Shown: piece after piece, positions 1 to 11,200 of the stretch | Position numbering within the stretch: the first letter of the stretch is position 1 | How the letters are laid out: each line of letters starts with the position of its first letter | From: Bacteroidota bacterium | GTDB lineage: Bacteria; Bacteroidota; Bacteroidia; AKYH767-A; OLB10 | Direction: 5' to 3' | NCBI GenBank assembly: GCA_947447155.1 | Contig: CANFIN010000002.1 | Span: 4,259-68,258 of the forward strand | DNA: 64,000 nucleotides | The notes under the pieces: model-generated | What the model was told of the DNA's origin: nothing | Databases searched by the model: none | What the model saw: the letters and a program-made list of their open reading frames with translations, nothing else | Program-made: the position numbers and the translations under genes

Positions 1-3000
1 ATGTTTCATTGTATGATTTAGGAGCTACGGTTGCAAATGCTATTGTTTCAAATTATCATGCTGGCGTGTTTCAGGCAGGAGCGACAAACGCAGGTGCGAG
101 TCCCAGTTATCAGTTTTTTGTAAATAGTGTTTCTGTACAAAATGGAGCTGCTTCCTCTTATACAAATACAAGTTTAAATGTCGGTGATACCGTTTCATGT
201 ATCGTAACATCAAACGTGAACGGGTGTTTGCCTTTCCAATATTTTTCAAACTACATAGTAATTGCTAAAACGAATCCAGCAAATTTAGATTTCTCAATTA
301 CATCAAATCCATCGAGTGCTACCTGCGCAATAATTACAGAGCCGGTTACTTGGAAGCTTTCAGATCTATCGAAAGATGCACAGATTGTAAATGGTAATGG
401 ATTAGTCAGAGCGCAAAACTTTACATGGAATTGTGGTGCTTTTTCTTGGAACAAGGTTTATAACAATGGATATTTCGAGTTTACCGCTGCAGAAAACAAT
501 AAGTTTAGAATGATTGGTTTAAGTTCAACAAATCCTAATGCTGATTGGACTTCAATTCAATATGCAATCTATCTAACAAATACAGGAACATTTGATATTC
601 GCCAGTCGGGAACAACCATCGCAATTCCTGCTGCTGTTTATACTACAAATGATATCTTTAAAATATCCGTTGAAGCAAACGTAGTTAAGTATTACAAGAA
701 TGGTTCGCTTATTTATTCAAGTCTTGTAACACCAACGTTGCCATTGATGGTAGACGTATCTATTTATGATCAGGGTGGGACAGTGAAAAATGCTATGATT
801 ACAAATTATAGTAGTGGAGTCTTTAATGCTAATCTGGTTAATGGAGGAACGAATCCTATTTATAATTGGAAGTTAAACGGATTAGTTGTTCAAACTGGAA
901 CAAGCGCAAACTATACGAATTTAAATTTACTTAATGGTGATGTTGTTTCATGTGATGTGCAGGCAACTCCAACTGGATGTTCTTCTCAATTGTTTGCATC
1001 GAATAACATAACGAATTTTATTATTCCACAAATCAATGTCGACTTTGCAGTGCGCGGTGTTTCTGTTGCAACTTCTTGTGCTGTAGTGGTAGAAAAAGTG
1101 AAATGGAAAATAGGAGAGCTTTCTGCTTGTGTGTCGATACAAAATACGAATCAGTTAATAAAATCATCTAGTGCTACAACATGGGATGGTGGTGCAGCAT
1201 CTTGGAATACTGTAAGCAACAATGGCTATTTTCAATGCATAGCAGCTGAAAGTAATAAAGCAAGAATGATTGGATTAAGTACAACCAATACTGGATACGA
1301 TCAAAATTCAATTCGTTATGCATTCTTATTAGATAATAATGCTACTTATCGTGTTTATGAGTTAGGTGTTTTTAAAGGAGTCGTTTCAACATATGCTGTA
1401 AATGATACTTTTAAAATTTCTGTAGAAGCAAGTGCGGTTAAATATTATGTAAATAATGTACTCGTATATTCAAGTGCCTTGGCACCAACATTACCTTTAT
1501 TAGTGGATGCCTCATTGTATGATTTAGGTTCTACTATTACAAATCCTGTTGTGGTTAATTTTAATGGAGGAACTTTTGAAGCAGTTTCAGTTAATGCGGG
1601 AACTAGTCCACTTTATAATTGGAAGGTAAATGGCCTTATTTTGCAATCAAGTATTGTATCTACGTATACGAATACTACATTAAGTAATCTGGATGTTGTT
1701 ACATGCGATTTAACTCCAAACCTCGCTGGTTGTAGTAATAATCAACCAATCAATTCAAATGAAGCGGTAAATAATATCATTGCTCCAACTAACATCGATT
1801 GTTATTTGAAAGGTGTGCCTGTTGCAACTTCTTGTAATTATTTAGTGGAAGAAGTAAAATGGAAAACAACTGATTTGTTAAATACGAAAGCAACTACAAA
1901 TAATTTAGTAAAGGTACAGTCCGATGGTGTTTGGGATGGTGGAGCTGCTTCGTGGAATACAGTTAGTTTGAACGGTAGCTTTCAGTTTACTGCATCAGAA
2001 AATAATAAAGCCCGCATGGCAGGTTTAAGTTTGACCAATGCCAGTGCTGCAAATACAACAATTGCTTTCGCATTCCATTTACTCGCAACTGGCGAATTAA
2101 GAATTATGGAGTCAGGTGTTGATCGTGGTTATTCTGGTTCTTATGTGCCAAATGATATCTTGAAAATTTCAATTGAAGCCGTGGCTGGTCAGAATCGCGC
2201 AAAGTATTATAAAAACAATGTATTGCTTTATACTTCTACTGTTACCATTACTACGTTACCTTTATTAGTCGATGTTTCTATTTATAATTCTGGAGGTACA
2301 ATCTCTAATGCATTAGTAAGTAATCCGAGTGCGGGAGCGTACACAGTAGGTGCAACCAATGTTGGAAGTGCAAATTACAATTGGAAAATAAATGGAATTA
2401 CTGTTCAAAGTGGTCCTTTAACAACTTATACAAATACAACTTTATTAAATACTGATGTCTTAACTTGTTCGGTTGTATCAGGATTTAATGGTTGTACAGG
2501 TATTGTTTTTATTTCAAATAATGCACGCTACTACGGAACAACTTTAGTTGTTAGTAATCCTCCTGCTGTTTGTAGCCCTGCTACGGTTGATTTAACATTG
2601 CCAACAGTTACTGCTGGTAATGCAAGTGATATTACACTTTCTTATTTTATGGATGCTGCAGCAACAACTGCAATTCCAAATCCTATGTCGGTAGGAGCAG
2701 GTACTTATTATATTAAAGGTACTCGAGCAGGTTGTTCTGATATAAAGCCTGTTACGGTTGTCGTTAATCCATCACCGATAGTAGATGTTACGAGTACTGG
2801 AAATAATCATCAGTTAGATTGTAATGTATCATCGATAGTTTTAAGCGCAACGGGTAGTGGTGTTTTGTTATGGGATGATAATACAGCAAATACTTCAAGG
2901 ATAGTTACACAACCAGGTACTTATGTCGCGACTTATACAGCAGCTAATGGATGTAGCACTTCAACTAATTTTGTGGTTTATAATAATTTTGAGCCACCTA

Positions 3001-6000
3001 TAGTAGAAATACTAGGTAATACTTCTCCAATTTGTCAAGGGGCATCGGTTTCATTAACTGCTAGTCCTACTACGTTAAATAATGCAATTCGTTTTGATGG
3101 CACTTCACAAAATGTCGATTTAGGTAGTTGGTTTAATTATCGAAATTTTGCAATAGAAATGTGGTTAAAACCGAGTGCAAGTCAATCGCCAAACGCTTGT
3201 ATTATTGATGATAATTATTGGTTTACAGGACGTGGATGGATATGCCAACAAAACAATGCCTCTTTGAATCAATATATCTTCTCTTGCTATACACCTTATG
3301 GAAGCGTTGGAGTTACATTTACGTTAACAGCTAATACATGGCAGCATTTATCATTGGTGAAATCAAATACTGCTATTCAGGTATATATAAATGGAGTATT
3401 AGCTAGCTCAGCTCCTTGGAATTATGGAAGTATATATTATGATGGTTCTCAATTTTTACGATTAGGTCGTTGGGGTGGTGGTGGCCGATATTGGAGTGGT
3501 CAGATGGATGAGGTAAGAATTTTTAATTCAGATATTTCATCGGCTCAGATTGCCGCGGATATGAATAGTAATTATCCTCAAACTACTGGTAATTTAGTTG
3601 CATATTATAAAATGGATGAACCTGATAATTCACTCGCAATTGACAATTCAACATTGGTTTTTTGGCGCGATGGTTTGACAGTCGGCAATCCTAATTTTAT
3701 TAAGTCGGGAACAACTGTTTCTAATACATTTACCTATAACTGGTCGCCAGGAGGTTCGTCTTCAGCATCAGTTTCATTTACACCATCTGCTCCAATAGTT
3801 TATTATACAAACGTTACAGGTAGTAATGGTTGTGTTCGAACTGAGAGTTCTGAGATTACCGTTAGTCTTAATGGCTCTGCATCCATTGCAGCAACATCCG
3901 GATCTGTCTGTTTAAATGGTGCTCCACCAGTTATTACATTAACTGGGTCAGGAGCAATTGCACCCTATACTTTTTATTACTCGATAAACGGTGTTAATAA
4001 TTCGGTAACAAGCGCTGGGACGAATACATTTGTAAATATTACTCCGCCAACAAATGCGGCTGGTACATATACGTATGATTTAAAAAATCTGACGTATTCA
4101 AATGCTTCTTTTTGTTTACAAGCGCAAACCGGTTCCTATACATTAACTGTCAAGCCTAATCCTGTTTTACAAATTACATCACCGCCTGCAGTTTGTGATC
4201 CATACGGAGTTAATTTAACCCAATCATCAGTAACCACAGGTAGTTCTCCAAACCTATCATTTGGTTATTTTAATAATAGTTCAGCAACTAGTGTTTTATC
4301 AATACCAAATAATGTAACTAGTCCTGGTGCTTATTATATTCAGGCCGTTGATACTTTATCTGGATGTAAAACAACTAATCCAGTTACTGTTTCAATAAAT
4401 CCTAAACCATATTTATCAAATGTTAATGGTCCTGATATTTGCAGTGGCGCTGCTACAAATATTGTTTTAACTGGTAATATACCTTCTACATTTGCATGGA
4501 ATATAAATTCAAATACAGCTAATGTTTCGGGTGCGAATAATGGCGTTGGAAATTTGATTAATCAAACATTAATAAATCCTTTGTCAACAACACCAGCATA
4601 CGTAGATTACAATGTAATTCCTACTGCAAATGCAACTGGTTGTATTGGTGATACAGATGTGGTAACTGTAACAATAAATCCAATTCCATCTATCACATCT
4701 ACTTCAGCTACTAAAATATGTTCTTCGGGATCTGCTACTTTACAGGCTAATCCAACATCAGGAAATATACAATGGTATTCAACAAATACTGGTGGAGTAT
4801 CTTTGCTAAGTAGTACAACATATAATACTCCTATAATAAATACGAATACTACTTATTTTGCTCAAGCAAATTACGGTACATGTACAAGTGGTATGCGCAC
4901 TCCAGTAAATGTAATCGTAGAAAATCCTGGGCAGTGGATGGGTTATACCAACGATTGGAATACTTTGTCAAATTGGGGATGTAATCAATTGCCAACTGCT
5001 ACAACAAACGTAATAATCCCAACTTCACCTGATGGCGGGTATTATCCAATTGTATCAACTAATGCGTTAGCATTATGTAAAAATCTACAGTTGAATTCTT
5101 CTTCTTCTGTAACTATCAATTCAAATAAAGATTTGAGTGTTTATGGGGATATTATTAATAATGGTTCTCCTACTTTCGGATTAGGTAAGTTGTCGTTAAA
5201 GGGAAATGTGCTTCAGTATATTAGTGGTGCAGCAACGCAAAATGTAAATCACTTGTTAGTTAATAATTCAAAAACTGGGAATGCAATTAAGTTGAATGTA
5301 GATATTCAAATTGATAGTGTGTTGGAATTTACCTCCGGAAAATTATCGCTTAATGGTAAAAACCTTACGCTTGGAACAGTATCTAAAGATGGATTAGTGA
5401 TAGGAGCAGGAATCAATAAGCACCTTAATGCCGAGTCCGGGTATTTTATTTGTCGAACAAATCAAAATAGCACCTATTCTTTCCCGTTAGGCGACTCCAC
5501 AGATTTTACACCAATTACAATTTCATTTATCAGCGGGACTCAAAATGGTAGTGCAATAAAGTCTAAAGTAGCTAAAGGTAAAGAACCTAATTTAGTTGTT
5601 ACAACCGATTATTTAAATCGTTATTGGACAGTAGAGCCTTTAAATTTATTGTCTACTATAGATTACGATGTGATGTACAATTATCAGAATATAACTGATG
5701 TAATAGGTTCAGGTGTTTTATATCCAATCAAGTATAATACATTAAATGGATGGTCAGGTTGTCCGGGATCTAATGCTAATACTATTCTAGGTATTACTGG
5801 TTCTCATAATGTAGCAGCTAAATCATTTACCTGGTATGGATTAAACAGCTTTTCCAACTTTACTGGAGCAGGTAATAGCAGTCCATTACCAATTCAATTA
5901 TTGAGCTTCAACGCAGTTAAAAATAATCAGCAGGTGGATTGTAAATGGTCAACTGCAATTGAAGTGAGTAATGATTACTTTACAATTGAAAGAAGCTCAG

Positions 6001-6425
6001 ATGCAATGAATTTTTCTCCAATAGGAGATATTGATGGATCAGGGAATTCTAATTTAGTATTGAATTATTTATTTACAGATTATAATCCGCATTCGGGTAT
6101 TAATTATTATCGTTTGCGTCAGACAGATTTTGATGGGCATTCTACTTTAAGTGAAATTAAAGCGGTTAACATGGATGTTAAAAATGAAATCAAATTACTA
6201 AGTGCTTATTTCGTTGAAAACGAATTGCATTTTATGTTTAATCAAAATGTAAAAGTGGATGAAATTAAATTGTTTGATGTAGCTGGTAGGTTAGTGTATC
6301 ATTCAAATTATAACAATAAAGATATTGTGATGGATGATATTTTTATGGATAACATAACAAACGGAAACTATCTTGTTTTTATAAGAGCAAATAATTCTGA
6401 ATTTATCAGCAAGATATTTAAATAG
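1..6425 (+). CDS. 5'-partial giant cell-surface protein. It has about four tandem ~250-aa repeat modules, then a LamG/concanavalin-like domain, then a T9SS type A C-terminal sorting domain. The frame is open from the window edge with codon phase at nt 3/6/9, so the gene continues upstream.
   Basis: The ORF track gives 9..6425 (2138 aa) with no stop upstream in frame. Each repeat module carries W-K...WDGGAASWNTVS...FKISVEA..KYY.N..L.YSS..PTLPL.VD.S.YD and begins near nt 351, 1098 and 1855. A LamG-like segment follows (LRLGRWGGGGRYWSGQMDEVRIFNSDISSAQIAADM). The C-terminus (KLFDVAGRLVYHS...YLVFIRANNSEFISKIFK) resembles a Por_Secre_tail. Confidence 0.8.
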   Translation, partial: VSLYDLGATVANAIVSNYHAGVFQAGATNAGASPSYQFFVNSVSVQNGAASSYTNTSLNVGDTVSCIVTSNVNGCLPFQYFSNYIVIAKTNPANLDFSITSNPSSATCAIITEPVTWKLSDLSKDAQIVNGNGLVRAQNFTWNCGAFSWNKVYNNGYFEFTAAENNKFRMIGLSSTNPNADWTSIQYAIYLTNTGTFDIRQSGTTIAIPAAVYTTNDIFKISVEANVVKYYKNGSLIYSSLVTPTLPLMVDVSIYDQGGTVKNAMITNYSSGVFNANLVNGGTNPIYNWKLNGLVVQTGTSANYTNLNLLNGDVVSCDVQATPTGCSSQLFASNNITNFIIPQINVDFAVRGVSVATSCAVVVEKVKWKIGELSACVSIQNTNQLIKSSSATTWDGGAASWNTVSNNGYFQCIAAESNKARMIGLSTTNTGYDQNSIRYAFLLDNNATYRVYELGVFKGVVSTYAVNDTFKISVEASAVKYYVNNVLVYSSALAPTLPLLVDASLYDLGSTITNPVVVNFNGGTFEAVSVNAGTSPLYNWKVNGLILQSSIVSTYTNTTLSNLDVVTCDLTPNLAGCSNNQPINSNEAVNNIIAPTNIDCYLKGVPVATSCNYLVEEVKWKTTDLLNTKATTNNLVKVQSDGVWDGGAASWNTVSLNGSFQFTASENNKARMAGLSLTNASAANTTIAFAFHLLATGELRIMESGVDRGYSGSYVPNDILKISIEAVAGQNRAKYYKNNVLLYTSTVTITTLPLLVDVSIYNSGGTISNALVSNPSAGAYTVGATNVGSANYNWKINGITVQSGPLTTYTNTTLLNTDVLTCSVVSGFNGCTGIVFISNNARYYGTTLVVSNPPAVCSPATVDLTLPTVTAGNASDITLSYFMDAAATTAIPNPMSVGAGTYYIKGTRAGCSDIKPVTVVVNPSPIVDVTSTGNNHQLDCNVSSIVLSATGSGVLLWDDNTANTSRIVTQPGTYVATYTAANGCSTSTNFVVYNNFEPPIVEILGNTSPICQGASVSLTASPTTLNNAIRFDGTSQNVDLGSWFNYRNFAIEMWLKPSASQSPNACIIDDNYWFTGRGWICQQNNASLNQYIFSCYTPYGSVGVTFTLTANTWQHLSLVKSNTAIQVYINGVLASSAPWNYGSIYYDGSQFLRLGRWGGGGRYWSGQMDEVRIFNSDISSAQIAADMNSNYPQTTGNLVAYYKMDEPDNSLAIDNSTLVFWRDGLTVGNPNFIKSGTTVSNTFTYNWSPGGSSSASVSFTPSAPIVYYTNVTGSNGCVRTESSEITVSLNGSASIAATSGSVCLNGAPPVITLTGSGAIAPYTFYYSINGVNNSVTSAGTNTFVNITPPTNAAGTYTYDLKNLTYSNASFCLQAQTGSYTLTVKPNPVLQITSPPAVCDPYGVNLTQSSVTTGSSPNLSFGYFNNSSATSVLSIPNNVTSPGAYYIQAVDTLSGCKTTNPVTVSINPKPYLSNVNGPDICSGAATNIVLTGNIPSTFAWNINSNTANVSGANNGVGNLINQTLINPLSTTPAYVDYNVIPTANATGCIGDTDVVTVTINPIPSITSTSATKICSSGSATLQANPTSGNIQWYSTNTGGVSLLSSTTYNTPIINTNTTYFAQANYGTCTSGMRTPVNVIVENPGQWMGYTNDWNTLSNWGCNQLPTATTNVIIPTSPDGGYYPIVSTNALALCKNLQLNSSSSVTINSNKDLSVYGDIINNGSPTFGLGKLSLKGNVLQYISGAATQNVNHLLVNNSKTGNAIKLNVDIQIDSVLEFTSGKLSLNGKNLTLGTVSKDGLVIGAGINKHLNAESGYFICRTNQNSTYSFPLGDSTDFTPITISFISGTQNGSAIKSKVAKGKEPNLVVTTDYLNRYWTVEPLNLLSTIDYDVMYNYQNITDVIGSGVLYPIKYNTLNGWSGCPGSNANTILGITGSHNVAAKSFTWYGLNSFSNFTGAGNSSPLPIQLLSFNAVKNNQQVDCKWSTAIEVSNDYFTIERSSDAMNFSPIGDIDGSGNSNLVLNYLFTDYNPHSGINYYRLRQTDFDGHSTLSEIKAVNMDVKNEIKLLSAYFVENELHFMFNQNVKVDEIKLFDVAGRLVYHSNYNNKDIVMDDIFMDNITNGNYLVFIRANNSEFISKIFK

Positions 6426-6553
6426 TTTTTACGAATCAATTTCCTGTTTAACAATTCACTGTTCGTTAAAATTTATTAATGGAAAGAATAGCTTATATCT
6501 TTCATATACGATTTATCTACTTTTATCGTTATAAAACAGTATTTCTTAATCGT

Positions 6554-7069
6554 ATGAATCGTCTACTAGCAACTTTGTTTATTTTTTTTATCTGTTTTAT
6601 TAATGGAAAAGCATATTCTCAAAATGTGGGATTAGGTTTATCGGGTTTATATAATGTACAGACAGAAAGTTTTGGGGCAGGTGCGCGTGTTACTTTGTTC
6701 CCTGATAATGTGATGAGCTTAACTCCTCAGGTATCTTATTATTTTCCCTCGAATAAAATTACAGAATGGACAATTGGCGCTGCATTGGATTATAAATTTT
6801 TGTTTCGAAATAAGTACTATGCTTATGCGTTAGTACATGGCGGTTATAATCGCTGGTCCAACTACGATGAGTCGTTGATGAAAGATGCCGAATTGAATAA
6901 CTGGAATTTGGAAGGAGGAATTGGTATTACAACTACACATTGCCTACGACCTTTTGCTGAGTATCGCTATAATTTAAAATTTCAAGAGACGCACTTTAAT
7001 GTGGGTTTAATATTAGTATTGGGTTGCCGTGGTGGAAGAGGAGAGGACTGTCCTGTTTATCAAGATTAA
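6554..7069 (+). CDS. Small outer-membrane beta-barrel (OmpA/OmpW-like) protein. Start is taken at the internal Met that begins a signal peptide.
   Basis: MNRLLATLFIFFICFINGKAYSQ reads as a signal peptide. It is followed by alternating hydrophobic beta-strand-like segments. The long ORF starting at 6479 has an unlikely N-terminal extension. Confidence 0.5.
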   Translation: MNRLLATLFIFFICFINGKAYSQNVGLGLSGLYNVQTESFGAGARVTLFPDNVMSLTPQVSYYFPSNKITEWTIGAALDYKFLFRNKYYAYALVHGGYNRWSNYDESLMKDAELNNWNLEGGIGITTTHCLRPFAEYRYNLKFQETHFNVGLILVLGCRGGRGEDCPVYQD

Positions 7070-7085
7070 CATAATTAGTTTACAT

Positions 7086-7997
7086 ATGAAAACATTAAAT
7101 CTAATAGCGTGTTCATTGGTTGCTTTGACAATAGCATCCTGCTCAAAAGAAAGAATTGAATTAAAACCTCAGCTGAATTCATATAGTTCACCTAATGCTT
7201 ATCTTGATTCAAAGAAACAAGCTGAACAGGAATTTATTATTGATGGTTCACCAGGAACGATAGTAGGTAATCAAGGAACAACAATTTGGGGAGGGAAAGA
7301 TTGTGTACGATTACCGAATGGAGATACGATTTCTTATCCATTTACATTAAAGCTGGTAGAGTTGTATACACCTGCTGATATGATTTATTATCAGATGCCC
7401 ACCGTATCTGCAAGTAGAATATTAGCTACAGATGGAGAGGTTAGAATCAGAACATTTAAGAATGGAACAGAGTTAAATTTACTGACTGGCTGTGCTGGCT
7501 TCATGGTTAGTATGCCGAATGCTGCACCTCAACTTAATTACCGAAGAAAATTCTACGGATTTACCAGTGGAAGTATTGTTGATTTTACTGATGACTTAAG
7601 TGCGCTTGGAGTTTCTTCTTCGCAGAGTCCTTTCTGGGGAGTAGATAGTATCGGATATAACTCAATTATTGAACGCTTCGGCTGGATTAATTGTGCGCAG
7701 CTTGCTGGTTCGACTTCTGGAAGTACATTGACATTTTCATCTAACGTGGATGACTTAACGAATGTAGCCATATTTGCGTATTTACCAGCTACTAAAACTG
7801 TCATGCAGGCTTATAATTTGTCAATGGGAATAATACCAAATGGTACTGATGTAAAAATCATCGCTATTGCTGTAGATGGAAATGGAAATTTGTTTAGTTA
7901 TAATCAGCAATTAATTGTGAATGCATCACAATCGATTCAGGTTACAATGTCGCAAACAACTGATGCTGCTTTAACAGGATTACTTAACGCTTTATAG
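7086..7997 (+). CDS. Hypothetical lipoprotein.
   Basis: MKTLNLIACSLVALTIASC looks like a lipobox signal peptide. The upstream extension from 7029 overlaps the preceding gene. No recognisable domain was found. Confidence 0.5.
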   Translation: MKTLNLIACSLVALTIASCSKERIELKPQLNSYSSPNAYLDSKKQAEQEFIIDGSPGTIVGNQGTTIWGGKDCVRLPNGDTISYPFTLKLVELYTPADMIYYQMPTVSASRILATDGEVRIRTFKNGTELNLLTGCAGFMVSMPNAAPQLNYRRKFYGFTSGSIVDFTDDLSALGVSSSQSPFWGVDSIGYNSIIERFGWINCAQLAGSTSGSTLTFSSNVDDLTNVAIFAYLPATKTVMQAYNLSMGIIPNGTDVKIIAIAVDGNGNLFSYNQQLIVNASQSIQVTMSQTTDAALTGLLNAL

Positions 7998-8169
7998 TTC
8001 AATTAAAATTAGTATAGTTAAAAAGTTTGCTAGCAAACATTAATAAACACTAACTCTAATTCCACTATACTTTTTAATTTGGGTAAATGAATGTTTTGAC
8101 TATCATTTTTTAAGACATAATATTAGATCACTTTGTTATCGGTTTTCTAATTCAATTTATTTTGATGAA

Positions 8170-8195
8170 ATAAAAAACCCCCGTTTCCGGGGGTT
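8170..8195 (-). terminator. Rho-independent terminator of the giant minus-strand adhesin gene.
   Basis: Stem CCCCCG / CGGGGG (8178-8183 and 8188-8193) with loop TTTC. A U-run follows on the minus strand (A6 at 8172-8177 on the plus strand). It lies 35 nt downstream of the stop at 8230. Confidence 0.7.
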
Positions 8196-8229
8196 GAAAA
8201 ATTAAAATAAAGGACTCTGTTTGTTTTTT

Positions 8230-11200
8230 TTAGTGCTGGATAATGATTCTTCCAGTTGTTCTTTCACCGCCTTTTTCAATGCTGATGATAGCAACTTGCG
8301 AAGCAAGATTTAATGTGTTAATATCCAATACATCTTTATTAGAACTTAATACATGTAATTGTTGTGTTAAGATTCTTCCTTCAATATCCATAATTGTTAC
8401 TACAAACTCATCGTTTGACTCACCATTAAGAACTACTGATAAATGATCGTTACAAGGAACTGGGAATACTTCATTTATTATAAGCGAAGAACCATCTGTT
8501 CTTGATGTCGAAGAACCACATGAAATCACACCACTTGATTTTGATTTAGTACATCCATTTGCGTCAGTTACAGTTACAGTAGCTGTAGATCCTGAACATA
8601 GTGCAGAAGCAACATTTGTTAGACTGCCTGTATTCCATAAGTATGAAATAGGACTAACTGCACCTCCAGATACAACTGCGGTAGCGGTTCCTGAACAACT
8701 TCCTGTCGAAGAAGCTGTAGTAGTAATTGAAACTACTATTGGAGTAGGTTGAGTAAGCACAAATGCTTTGCTTCCTGAACATCCATTCGCATCTGTTGCT
8801 GTTACGGTATATGTTCCTGCGACTTTATTTGAAATTGTACTTGCAGTTGATAAATCACTCCACAAATATGTATAAGATCCAGATCCTCCACTAACTGTAG
8901 TTACTACACCACCGTTAGTGCCACCATTACAAGTAATATTAGACTTTGTTCCATTTACTGTAATTGTTGCTCCTTGTGTTATTATCACTGTTGCTGAATT
9001 GTTTGTTCCATTACCATCGGTTACCGTAACAGTATAAGTTCCAGCAGAAATATTGTTAATGCTGTTTGTAGTAGATCCATTAGACCATAGGTATGTATAA
9101 ACACCGTTTCCACCGGTAGCTGAAACAGTACTTGAACCATTAGAGCCACCATTACAAGTTACATTAGTTTGACTTGTAGTTAATGCTAAGCTGGAAGTTG
9201 AGCAAATTGTAACTGTAGCAGAAGCTGAACATCCGTTTGCATCGGTTACTGTTACTGTATAAGTTCCAGGTAGTTTATTGGTGATTGAAGGTGTATTAGC
9301 ACCTGATGACCAAAGGTAAGTATATGCTCCTGTTCCACCTGTTGCACTAACGCTTGCAGATCCTGTTGCAGATGTTGCATTAATTGCATTTGTCTTAGTC
9401 GTAGTTAATCCAATTGCAGTTGGCTGCGTAATTGTTACACACTTGTAATTTGTACATCCATTTACATCTGTGATTAATACATTATAAATACCTGCAGTTT
9501 TATTAGAAATACTGTTTCCAGTTCCACCGCCTACCCATGCGTAAGTATAAGGAGCAGTACCACCAGTTGTAGTTAATACAGCTGATCCGTTTGTTCCACC
9601 ATTACATGTTACATTGCTGATAGCTGCAGTTGCTGTGATTTGTGTATTCTGCATGATATATACACATTTAGTCATTGTACATCCATTAGCATCTGTTACT
9701 ATTAAGGTATAGTTTCCTGCTATTTTGTTGCTAATAGAAGATGTAGTTTCTCCTGATGACCATAAGTAAGAATAAGGAGCAACACCACCTGTAACACTAG
9801 CATTAGCAGATCCGTTATTTCCTCCAAAGCAAGTAATGGTAGTTTTAGTGATAGCAATTGCGATTGCCGTAGGTTGTGTAATATTTACATGTCCAATGAT
9901 CGTACAACCGTTAGCATCAGTTGCTGTTACAGCATATGATCCAGCTGGAAGTCCATTAGCAAATGCATTTGTATTTCCATTACTCCATAAGTAAGAGTAA
10001 GGCGCTGTTCCGCCACTAACTGTAATTGTTCCTGTTCCATTATCGCCACCATTACATGTTACATTTGTTGATGTAGATGACTCTTGTAATGCAGTAGGTT
10101 CTGTGATAGTCACACTTCCTGAAATTGTACAACCGTTAGCATCAGTTACTACAACTGAATAAGTTCCTGCCGTTAATCCTGAAACTGATGATGTAGATGC
10201 TGTATTTGACCAAACATATGTGTATGGCGCAACACCACCGTTTACAGTTGCAGTAGCAGAGCCATTAGCACCTCCATTGCATGAAACATTTGTTTTACTC
10301 ATTGATATAGTTAATGTGGTAGGTTGGCTAATTGTTACTGAAGAAGTATATGTACAACCGTTAGCATCTGTAACAACAACTGAATAGTTTCCAGCAGTTA
10401 AATCATTAGCAGTACTTGTTTGATTGTTATTGCTCCATAAGTAGCTATAAGGAGCTGTTCCACCATCAGCAGTTACACTTGCAGATCCATTATTACCACC
10501 ATAACATGATACATTTGATGAAGTAGTTGTTCCGGTTAATAGAGTAGGCTCTGTAATTACAACCGAATTTGATGAAGATGTTGCATTTGGAGTTCCAGTA
10601 ATCTTCATGTCAAATGCTGTAAGTCCACCATGATCTTCTAAAGCAACCGCAATAATATTATTTCCTTGTACTAAGTATTGCGATGGGATCGTACCTGAGT
10701 ATTCCCACTCATAGGTATAACCTTCTGCGTTTCCACTTGAAACTAAGTTTCCGTTAATGTATAAAGCATAACCATTATCTACACCAAGGAACCAGTTAAT
10801 TGAATTTAAATCGTATTCTGATAAGTCAATTGTTTTTCTTACAAATAAATCCATACCATCAGCAATATCAGCTGGCCAGTAAGTAGTGTAGTTGAATAAT
10901 GAATTGTATTGAGCAGCAGCTTGACTTCCTGCAGTAACATTACCAAATGGAGCGTCTCCAGTTGACCATCCTCCAGTTGTTGTATTCCATCCCGAAGGGG
11001 CTGGTGCAAATTTGTATTCATAGTTGCTGTAACGATCTAATATAGTATTCGAAATTGGATTGTTGCTGATAATAGAACAACCATTCGCATCAGTAATAGT
11101 TACTGTATAAGTGCCAGCAATTAAATTATTGTTTGTTGCAGTTGAACCACCATTCGACCATGCATAGGTATAAGGAGATGTTCCGCCATTTACATAAGCC

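Noticed and set aside
40-454. Minus-strand ORFs 40..249 and 251..454 (69 and 67 aa) inside the giant plus-strand gene.
   Set aside because: They are fully embedded antisense in a strongly supported repeat-protein CDS. They have no start context or domain, and they are typical spurious ORFs in AT-rich DNA.
6479-6553. N-terminal extension MERIAYIFHIRFIYFYRYKTVFLNR of the beta-barrel ORF.
   Set aside because: It is an implausible leader rich in F, Y and R. The internal Met at 6554 starts a canonical signal peptide.
7553-7804. 83-aa minus-strand ORF inside the lipoprotein gene.
   Set aside because: It is antisense-embedded with no independent support.
8020-8040. Perfect palindrome TTTGCTAGCAAA downstream of the lipoprotein gene.
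   Set aside because: Its 2-nt loop makes it a poor terminator hairpin. It is too short to call as a binding site without comparative data. I noted it only.
8243-11021. Small ORFs 8243..8446 (+) and 10839..11021 (-) within the SprB-like gene.
   Set aside because: They lie wholly within the 2593-aa CDS, which is supported by its signal peptide, repeats and CTD. I treat them as frame artefacts.
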